From Antedon mediterranea (lineage: Eukaryota > Animalia > Echinodermata): a stretch of 64,000 nucleotides of DNA. Positions within the stretch are counted from its first letter, which is position 1; each line of letters starts with the position of its first letter. Location of the stretch: NCBI RefSeq assembly GCF_964355755.1, contig NC_092672.1, positions 35,284,437 to 35,348,436 on the forward strand. The letters are read 5' to 3'. Shown one piece after another: positions 53,940-64,000 of this stretch. The position numbers and the translations under genes were made by a program. The notes beneath the pieces are model-generated. The model was not told the origin of the DNA, ran no database searches, and worked only from the letters and a program-made list of their open reading frames with translations.

Positions 53940-56900
53940 TCAACCGTCAAGTTCATCTAGCAGTGTCTTTCGTGATAACTTCTTCTTTGGCCCGCCTGAA
54001 GGAAAGAGAGATCACATCAATACAATCTTATATGAAAAGTGTTGTACTACTGTTACATATTAAATCATTCAAAATCTGTATAATACTGTATCGCATACAG
54101 TATCTTGTAATGGTATCACATACTGTATCCTATACAGTATGACATACTGTATACATATTTAATATCAAAGAAGGAGAGAAGTTAATATTTTACCTCAATC
54201 ATGTAATTACTTTCAATGCGCAATTAAAACAATGTTTCTTTATAATATAGTCTTATCAATGTACAATTTGTCTTGTATTTAAAATAATTAAATATGCATT
54301 TTTGTATAATTACCAAATTTGGGTAATTTTAATATTGTATTATGTATTTAATAAAAGCTTAATGTCAAAACAAGTTTTATTTATAAATATCATTTTTCTA
54401 AAGTGTGTTTATACCAAATAAATTCTCATTGACTCCGATATATTTTGTCAAAAAACTAACCTTCTAAAAATCTGTCGGCAGTCTTCTTTCGTAATGTCTC
54501 AACCGTGTCGTCTGCCTCCGCCCATTCAAGAACCAATCGACGTCCGTATAAATGACTACTGTGACACAGGGCCTCAAATGCTCTCTGTAGTGGTCGGGAC
54601 CAAATTAAAATTTTTAATTTTGGTTAAATTACCGAGGATGCAACAGTTCTTTCTTGTAAAGCTTGGTTCCACATAAAACGCAACGCAAAGACGTAAACGC
54701 AATGTACACGTGTTGACCAATGACAAGCAACAGTTTGAATAATCAATCGCTTGTGATTGGTTAACTCACTTGTGTTACATCTCTAATGGGAACCAAGCAT
54801 TAGCAAGTAAACCCAACAGATTTTGACTCATGTACTATCACTCGTGGTGGCAGAGATTGGTATCATTTAGGGAGCACACCACCACTTTAGCAAACTACAC
54901 CATTATACCTGCCCCCCCCCCCTCCTCCCCCACAGTTTCAAATTATCATGGCATATTTGTTACCTTTGCATCATTTTTAGTAAGAAAGTCTACAAATCCA
55001 AATCCCCGATGGCCGCCAGTTCCCGACATCTTCTTTGGAATTCTGATGGCCTTGATTTCACCAAACGTTCTAAAAAGAAAAGACAATAAACGGGAATGAG
55101 GACAACTACTGCACCCAGCATTAGAAATGAAGGTTAGTGGCATATTATTTTTAGTATGAAAGACCTTAAAATATGTACTAGTTGAGCGACCAAAATAAAT
55201 ATTAATTGATGAAAGCATTTGAGGATGTTTGGCATCAGAATTACATCTATTCAATTCAACATAATGGCTGAACTCTAGAAACTGTAACATCATAGTTTCC
55301 TTGGTTACCTAAATAGTTCTTTAATTTCGTTTCTCGATGCCTCAAACGGGATGTTGCGTATTAAAATCTTTGTAGATTTCTGTTGTTTATTCTTGATAGT
55401 TTTCCTTGACGATGTCTGTTTTCTGTAATGAAAAACAAACAAAAATGTACATAATGATCGACATGGCTTTAGGTACATACACTATCACAACTTATGCCTC
55501 TAAAAATAGATCGATGATGTAAGTTATATACATACACTCTATCACACTTAGATTTCTATAAATAGATCGATGATGTCAGTTATTAAACTCACTGTAAAGT
55601 AGTACGATTTGATAGCTTTAATTCCACCATGTGGTCATCTATCGATGTATGCTGGAGCTCCTTCAGAGCTGTCATGGCATCTTTGTGTCTCTTGTACTGA
55701 ACAAAGCCATATCCCATTGATAAGAAACTTCCTGTAGATAAATTTAAATCAAGACATAATTTCTGATTGTTACAGCAGACATTATAATCGTATCTGGACA
55801 TAACACCATAATATTTTAAGAGAAAAAAAGAACACAAAGAAACAAAGCCATATACATGGCTGAGGTTGCGTGCTCAAGTTAGTGTTTACCGACCAACCGA
55901 CATAGTGAGCTGTAGAGTCGTAAAATGTCATATAAAACTACTAATTTTAAAAGTAATTGTAAAATAAAATAGTTACCTGGATTTCTCATGTCTTTCTTCT
56001 TGGAAACTGTTGCAACACTTACCGCACCACATTCAGAAAATACCTAAAGAAATATTTTAAAAAAAACATTAAATAAATTAAGTAAAAATATTGTATTTGG
56101 AAACAGAAACATCCATGTTTTTTGTTGAGACAATTTCGGGTCTTTGTAAGGAAATTAAAATTGGAAAAATTGTTTAATAATGTGCATTGTTTTTCATTGT
56201 GAACCTCCTTCACTGGTTGACCTTTGGGTCAAACCCTTTACCTTTAAAAGAGTGTCGTCTGTCGTTTCAAAATTCAGATTCTTAACAAAAACAGTTGTGT
56301 CGGCTTCAGGCTCCTCCTCCGATTCTTCCGACTCTAAGTATAAAATGGTTAAAAAGAATGAGTGTGGTGTGGATGAATTAACCTGTATTATGGGACACCT
56401 TTGTGACCCAACAAAGTGGCCCCTTAATAGAGGTAGGGGTTCTATTGTATGTTGTAAAACATAATAGAGAGGTCACGTCACGCACACGTATTCGTTTTCG
56501 TAAGCCATAAAAAAATCAACAAAATATTGAGGCGCGTCCAAAATATGACTGCGGTAAATTTGAGCGAAGCGCAGGTAGTACGTGTTGCTTGGTGCTTGGC
56601 TGCCTAGGCCGGCCTAGCGTAACATCAAAGCGAGTGAGGACTTTAAAAACTGCTATTTATCAAAATTGACTTGGAATTTTAGTAAATTACTTTAGTAAAT
56701 TACTTTCAATAAATCTATAATTATATTATAATCATGAATCATTCCTGATTCAAATGCAAAATGTACAAAATAGATCAAAAACTATACTCGTTTTGTAGTT
56801 ACGAATATGACTGGTGATATTCGTCATCAACACGAATACGCTTTATGAATATGAAATGGGCATCAGCTCAAAAGTTTCACAAATGTATGACGTATCCGTT

Positions 56901-59900
56901 TTCGTTATCGTATTCGTAAGGTTGCGAAACCTCCTTATTACCTTTATCTTCTACTGTTTCTTCTACAGCTTTCTTTACTTTTTCACCCTCTACTTCCTCC
57001 TCTTTTTCAGATTCTTTCTCCTCCTGCTCATCATCTTGTTCAGTCTTGTCTTTTGTTGATGTCTGGGAGGTGAACACACCTACTGGTGCCCATTCAAGGT
57101 ACAGAGGGACATGCTGAAACTATTAAGTTATCAACATGTTATCTCATATCAGATTCTATTTTACCATGCTTTCCTAGCGAAGATACCCATTCCCAGGCTC
57201 GGATTTAGGTGGGGCTAAACAGGCTTTCTTTTTCAAATAAAATAATGACTATTTTTTTTTCTGCAACCCAACTGATCGTTTTTATCATTTATGAAATATT
57301 TAGCCCCCCCCCCCCCCCCCCCCCCTAATTTATAATGCTGGATCCTCCCTTGATTCCAGGGCAGTTTAAAAATGCAGTTTAAAACCTTCCCTGGCATACA
57401 ATTCCAGTTATTTTGATACCTATGATACCCAATGTGTTCCAATATAAAAAACATACCAACTCTTTCTTATATTAAGTAACCCATACTTGCGTGTATTAAA
57501 TTATTAAAAAAGTCTAAAGCTCTGTCTACACTATCAAACTTTATGTGACAAAAAATGTGCCCATATATAGACATGATGATGTCATATTACAACCATATTT
57601 AAGCATATAACTACCATATTTGGGCACATCACACTTTTTTGTCACATAAAGTTTGATAGTGTAGACAGAGCCTTAATGAAATAATTCTTTTGTTAACCTT
57701 TGTGTATGCTAAACTATAGAATGCTTTTCTAGCTTCCTGTGTGTGAAGGAACTCCACGATGGCAGAGACACCTGCTGGAGGCAGCACCAATCTACCAAGC
57801 TCTCCAAACTTCTCAAAGACGTCTTTGATTTCTTCTGAACTAGTACCAGCTGGGAGATTCTTCACAAGAATAATTGATTTACTCCGAGCTGCAGCCGGCT
57901 ACAAATACCAAAAAATTAATCAACATTGTTATGTAGAGACTAAAGATCACACAACGGTATATATATTTTCATTTTTAAGTTTTGTTTTGTACACGTGTAC
58001 CAGCGATATAAAGGTGTTGTTTCCAAAAAAAAAAAAACACCCAAAAATATTATAATATTTATAAGTTTGTTGAGGTAAATTTTCAATTGAAAAACACAAA
58101 ATTACCTGACTAAATGAATCAAGCGCTACCCCATTATCCAGTAAAAATTGCCTCGTCTCTGCCACAATTTGTGTTTCACCTAGTGCCATCCGGACAGCTA
58201 AACTTTTTTTCGATTCCTGTGCAAAAAAAAGTTTTATAAGTATAGTTTTAATCGTTTCTTATAGAAAGAGAGTAGAGGCAAGATACTGGATCTTGCTTCT
58301 ATATAGATCCCCATATTCATATATCATAAAAGATGTTTAATTTATTTTACACTCTTAAAATGAATAAAAAAAAACCAGATAACTTAATATAAGAATACAA
58401 TGGATGGAGGTCACAGTAAGTTCATTGAAGTTGTGACCCCCGTTTCAGTGTAATAATAACATGCTATGCTGAAGTAGACTAAAATATATGTAATATTTAT
58501 ATTTAACTTACAGGATCGAGTACATCACTTTTTGTTGTTTTGTATTTAGCTGCCATTGCATCAGCCACTGCATTTGATCCAATGAATAAACTATTCCAAT
58601 TATGTGAACTAAACCAATATACAGAAATACATATCAGTACAAATATTCAAATATAATATATATATTATATATTATATTTAGCTTGTAGATTAAAGCCAAC
58701 ACATAATAATAATAATAATAATAATAATTTATTTGGAAAACGCTTTTTGAACAGCGGCACACATAATAATGGTGCATCCTTAAAACAATTAAACATACAA
58801 TATAAAAATATATGAGTATAAAGATAGACTAGATTAAAACAGATAATACTCAGATAAAACGGAAGTTCGATAAAACCAAATTAAAAATAAACTGTAATAC
58901 TAAAACCAATTAAATGCAACCCACATACATAAACTTGGACACTAAATTAGCATATCAATTAGTATATGAACAAAGGAATATACATAGTAAACGCACCTTC
59001 CACTGGACGCCTTCTGTTGCACTGCTTTCTTCTTCTTATACGATGACCCCTCGTTTGAGAAACTATCGTCCTCCGTTTTCTTCTCTTGCCCCGGTAAAAT
59101 GTGTAATAACCTTCCCTAAAATAAATGAAAAAATAATAATTTATATTTTGCAGTTGTAGTAAAAAGTAGTAAGCTGGCCACTTCACATTTTTCTAAATTG
59201 TAAGCTGTATAGTATAATCTAAGTCTGTCTACACTTTCAAACTAGTTTGACAAAAAAGAGTGATGTGGCCAAATAGGATGCTTAAAATCATCATGTCCAT
59301 ATATGGGCACATCACGTTTTTTTTTTCACATAAAGTTTGATAGTGTAGACATTGCTTTATACTTTCAGCTTGAGTCTCTACAATCTGAATCAGGACCATG
59401 GTATTAAAAAAAGTTACCCTAGTTTTGCAGTTAATTAAGAAAATGTTATTACCATAAATATTGAACCATCTAGTTCAGTGTAAGCCGTGACTGCATGTTC
59501 TGGCATCATGAATGTGATGAAGGCAAAACCTTTGACCTTCTTAGTTAAGGTGTCAATCGGTAAGTTGACCTCTGTTAAGGGACCTATAAGAATTGAATAG
59601 TAGTAGGACATTAGTAAGTTAAACTTAATCTTCTATGCACTACACGCTCCTTAATATTCTGTAAATAATACAAACATTTGAAATACAATTAACAAAAGAT
59701 TTTTTTCTCTCTTTTGTGGGGACAACCCACTTTTATTGGACATATGATAAACAATGGGTATTTAAAAATTACACAGTCTGAGGTTAAAAGATTATAGGAA
59801 ATGTTTTGATACTGTGTTGAAATCTAAATATGATAAAACAATTAAGTATATAGAGAAAATTTATATTACAGAGCTAAAACGGTACAAAGATTATTTGTTC

Positions 59901-62900
59901 TGTTGTGATTTCGTGTAATATTTATCACTTTATGTGTAATTATAATCTTACCATATTTACTAAATAATTCCTCAAGATCCTCTTCTTTGCAAATGTAAGC
60001 CAGGTTTCTAAGAAATAGACGTCCAGTCTGTAAAAAAAAACTATGTTCAACTATGTTCATATTTTTCTCACATAAATCCTATACTGCATTAATAATATTA
60101 ATATCTATATTTTCTAGGAACCAATGTAAAAGATTATACATTTTACCTCTGCAATGGTTTCTCCATGTTCTTCTAACTCAGCCGCCTGCAAATGTCAAAA
60201 CAACGTTTTAAATTGTAGTTATTTATTTGTTTTAAGTATGGTACAAAACAAACACATGAATTATAATTTGTTGACACAAATCTGTATTAATGGTGAAACA
60301 GGTAGTCATACGTGAACCTAGTCGTTTAAAGATTGATAACACACACACACACACCTTCTTTGCCCATGCTGGCTCCTGACGCGGTAAATTAAACGTGGAT
60401 GTGTTATTCTTGTCATCCACCATCAACTCAATATACCTTGTACCTGAAAGAGGTATGTAAAATGTGTTGGTGAATCTTTAATTTAGTGTAAAATTAAATA
60501 AATGAGTATATACAGTACATATTTATTTTCATCTCAAAACACTGAATGACAATTGGTACATATATAAGATAATTGTTTTATAAATTAAATGAACCAACTA
60601 ACCCATGTAATCTTTGTGTCTCTTCATAGCTTCATCCAAATCGGCTTTAGACGTCAAATCTACAAACACTGTGCCTATTGGTAAAAAGATACGATCAACG
60701 CAAATTTGGGAAATTCCAGGACAATTCAGGAAATTCCAGGACAATTCAAGGAAGTTCCAGGAGACTGGAAAACTTATGCCTACATGTTGAATCTGGAGCA
60801 TTGCCCTGTCTACACTATCAAACTAGTTTGACAACAAAAATGTGATGTGCACAAATATGGTGGTGATATGCCCAAATATGGTGGTGATATGACATCGTCG
60901 TGTCACATCACATTTTTTTGTCACATAAAGTTTGATAGTGTAGATAGAGCTTTACACTCTCGTCATTCAGTGTGTTACCTGTTTTTTGCCCTTTATTATT
61001 CTTAGGCATTCTTACTTCTGTTACTTTCAAAGGTGCAAAGAATGTCTTTATGTCTTTCTGGAAAAAAAACCCAAGAAATATCAATATTTTATAAAACATT
61101 ATGTCAACGATAGTTTAAAATTGAAATGTCAGTATCCTAAAATATGGAAACAAATCATTTAAAACATAATGTCTCAAAAAACATTTTATCCAGATATTTT
61201 ATAAATAATTATGTCAATGATGGTTTTAAATTTGAGTAGCCTACATCTTTAGCACTAAACGGTACTCCACGCATTTTGATGGTAAATACTTCGCCGGTTG
61301 GTTCTGACGTCTCTTCTGATTTCTTTGGAACCTGTAAGATGAAAGTGTATTACAGGTAATACATTTTACCAATAGTGGCATTGTAGCTTTGTGTTTTAAT
61401 CTATTAATTTAAGAGTTCTGGGTTCAAGTCAGGCTTTGTTCCTAGCATTCTCAACAATATGTGCAAATATACAATACCAAGTTTTGTTTAAAGTTTGGGT
61501 TGTTGGGTTAGTTTTAAAATAATAATAAGTTATATTTTTGTGTTTCTCTCACCTTTTTATTTGTTTTCTGTTGCTTAGTAACCTTTGTTTTCTCCTCATC
61601 TTCACTTTCAGAATCTTCTGAAGAACTTTGCGAGGTCTGTTTAACCTTACTTTTAAGATACTTCGTAAAAAAAAGCAAAACAATATTTAATATAGTATAT
61701 AGTAAGCTCTCAGTTTAGAATATATATATATTTGACATTTGTTTTGTAATAAAAATGTTAGTAATAAATACTATTGGGTGAGTGTATTGTAACTTACATC
61801 TAGATCAGATAAGCCCTTTTTATTGGCTGTTTTACTTTTTTCTTTAGTTTCATCTACAGTGTTTACTTCAGGCTGTTCCATCACCTCTACAGGATCATCA
61901 TCTTCACTTTCTATAGAGAGAAAACAATTAGCTTTTGTCAAATACAGAAATGAAATAAATGTGTTATCAACAAGATAATAACTCACAAATAGGACTTGTC
62001 TAAAGCTTTGTCTACACTATCAAACGTTGTGTGACAAAAACGTGTTCTCAAATATGGTAGTGATATGCCCAAATATGGTAGTGAAATATATACATATTGA
62101 TGTTACCAATTAAAAATAATATTTACCACTTGTTTGCTCATCTGAGTCTCCTTCTTCTTCACTTTCTTTCGTCGGTGGCGGCCTCCTCGTCTTTTTCTCA
62201 TGACCTGGGTCACTTTCTTTCACCCCTGCTACCAAATCATTACCCCAGACACGAGATTTATTACCTTTCTGATGCAATGCAAGAAACTCTTCTAGCTCTA
62301 CATCTGTCTTCTCCTGAAATAAAGTAAAAAATACCTTAAAATTAATGACTCATAAATAAGTTTTATTCAATATTTAAGCCACAGGCCTGTTTAATCCCCG
62401 CCTGAATATTATTAATTAATGCAATAAAGTTCAAAACATACATATACATATATGGTACCATTTATAAATAAAACTAACCTCATTCTCCTCAGTTTCTAGG
62501 GTATCTCCTTTATTCTTTTTAGCCTGAAAAGGTAAATGAATTAGCAAAATGATAATTGTTAAAAATGCTATATTTATTTATACAGAGTAAATGTATAGTA
62601 ATGAGTGTTTTATATTGGATGATTATGTTTTTCTTTGAAGACCCACTTGATAGTTTGATTCAGTTTGCTTTTGGGAATCCTGTCTCTCTCTATTGATTGT
62701 TGTTTTTTTAATATCCGAGAAAAAATAAATGAAATGAAATTACAACGGTATAACAGGACCATATGTAAAACAGGTGCAATATCTATACCTTATATGTTTT
62801 TAATCCTGTCTAAATGTGTTTTTAATTAAATAAATAAATATGCACAATATTATATTTCAAATATTTATTTGTAACTGTTAATTTACTTTTTCTTTCTTTT

Positions 62901-63636
62901 CTTTTTCTTTCTTTTCTTTTTCTTCATTTTCCAATTTGTGTTTTTCATGTTTGTTATGCCTCGCTTTGTATGCTGAACTCTCACTTGAGTACTTGCTCCA
63001 TGGTCTCTCTGCATTTGGGTCACCAATTGATTTACATATTTCAACCTAAAAATGAGGGTGAGAAAATATATTAGCATAAATATGTACAATAATTGAATTA
63101 CGGAACTTTATTACGGAGATTGAATGTTTTTTTAGGTTACAGTTTCAACATAATGATGAAACGATAATCTAACCTGTAATCGTGATGAATCCAGAAATGT
63201 CTTGTTGAAGAAGTTTACAGCTTTCTCCGCCTCTGCGTTGCTTCTGTAGCCGACAAATGCAAATTGACGGAATTTTCCAGATTTTGTGTATTTCAACTGC
63301 AAGTCTGTAATTTCACCAATTTTACCAAAAGTATCTTTTATTTTGTCTTCTTTTATCTAAACAAGAAACAAATAAATGAACCCAATCAACATTTTTTAGG
63401 CTAGGCCTGTCAGATCATACTCTCCTTCTATCAAGAAGGAAGGAGGATGACTCTAAACTGGTGAATACGAACACAAATCTACACCTCCGACGGGCCTAGC
63501 CTACATAGGTAAAATTGGCATGTTTTAAGTCATTATAAACATATTAAATGAAGTCAAAGTTATCAATAATATTCTAGTTCAATAATAAAAGAATACAAAC
63601 CCTTTTTGGCAAATTCTTAACGACTATACGAGACAT
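53940..63636 (-). CDS. RBM19: RNA-binding protein 19 (Mrd1 orthologue, six RRMs, ribosome biogenesis), 935 aa
   Basis: 26 exons (-), all GT-AG with consistent phase: 63636-63601, 63356-63174, 63045-62887, 62523-62479, 62313-62127, 61910-61798, 61660-61553, 61331-61245, 61057-60979, 60674-60603, 60443-60355, 60185-60147, 60027-59952, 59583-59453, 59115-58997, 58608-58512, 58216-58106, 57898-57698, 57119-56942, 56333-56242, 56043-55977, 55731-55593, 55422-55309, 55069-54964, 54584-54461, 53995-53940. Motifs [73 protein letters not shown]. Confidence 0.97.
54660..54799. mobile_element. MITE family D copy in an RBM19 intron
   Basis: AGCTTGGTTCC...TCGCTTGTGATTGG...GGGAACCAAGC. Confidence 0.75.
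57518..57672. mobile_element. MITE family A copy
   Basis: TIRs, TWA flanks. Confidence 0.88.
59222..59356. mobile_element. MITE family A copy
   Basis: Degenerate TIRs, family internal sequence. Confidence 0.8.
60802..60951. mobile_element. MITE family A copy
   Basis: CTGTCTACACTATCAAACTAGTTTGAC...GTTTGATAGTGTAGATAGAGCT. Confidence 0.85.
62004..62086. mobile_element. MITE family A, truncated copy
   Basis: Left TIR plus CAAATATGGTAGTGATATGCCC. Confidence 0.7.
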
Positions 63637-63808
63637 GATTTTACTGCTCACATGTGGCTCAGTTGTTGACACATGGAAATCGCCACAGGAAAAGTAGCTG
63701 ACGACGGAAGTAGTATTAAGCTTAGGGGGCGCTAGACCAGACAAAACAAAAAAATAATAATGGGAGAAAAAAGTGTTATGATTCTTTAAAACAAAATTTA
63801 GTTTCATC
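63637..63808. promoter_or_regulatory. Putative bidirectional promoter between RBM19 and UBE3B
   Basis: Only 172 bp between divergent ATGs; ETS-type CGGAAGT at 63705-63711. Confidence 0.7.
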
Positions 63809-63919
63809 ATGTTTAGTAAAACAGATTTAAACAAACTATCTGCTCTTGAGAAAGCAAGAGCAGCTCGTGATGAACGAGCTCAGAATAGGTCTCGTGAAAA
63901 TGCAGCTGTTCTGATTCAG
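63809..63919 (+). CDS. UBE3B: Ubiquitin-protein ligase E3B, first coding exon (gene continues beyond the window)
   Basis: MFSKTDLNKLSALEKARAARDERAQNRSRENAAVLIQ then GTAGG donor; resembles the recalled human UBE3B N-terminus [37 protein letters not shown] leading into the IQ motif. Confidence 0.85.
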
Positions 63920-64000
63920 GTAGGCTTTTAAGGCTAGGCTAGGCTAGGCTACTACTAGGCCTGACGCTGGTTATTTATTTAAAATTAAAGATTGTCCTGC

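Noticed and set aside
57303-57324. Poly-C run (and poly-G at about 33751-33768)
   Set aside because: Simple homopolymers within intronic repeat remnants; length may be unreliable in the assembly
58959-59186. ORF containing [14 protein letters not shown], resembling the TRGH motif at CR1/L2 LINE C-termini
   Set aside because: It is an alternative frame of RBM19 exon 59115-58997 (GRLLHILP...SSYKKKK), which the gene model requires for phase

Overview
AT-rich, intron-containing animal genomic DNA, probably an invertebrate deuterostome (inference). I reconstructed five protein-coding genes by hand from GT-AG junctions with consistent phases: a TMEM132-family gene (+, 9577-31361, first exon not located), TANGO2 (-, 33315-36126, 7 exons), a two-exon refilin/FAM101-like gene (+, 41175-53313), RBM19 (-, 53940-63636, 26 coding exons) and the first coding exon of UBE3B (+, 63809-63919), head-to-head with RBM19. 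A decayed tandem TANGO2 duplicate lies at 36470-37065. Non-coding DNA holds about 14 copies of one PIF/Harbinger-type MITE, other Harbinger-like elements (one with a Myb/SANT relic), tRNA-derived SINEs and minisatellites. Top observations: an apparent invertebrate refilin, a TANGO2 with a mitochondrial-presequence-like extension placed so that cleavage would expose the conserved Cys, and linkage of genes whose human orthologues map to 12q24/22q11. All homology calls come from recalled sequences, not database searches.
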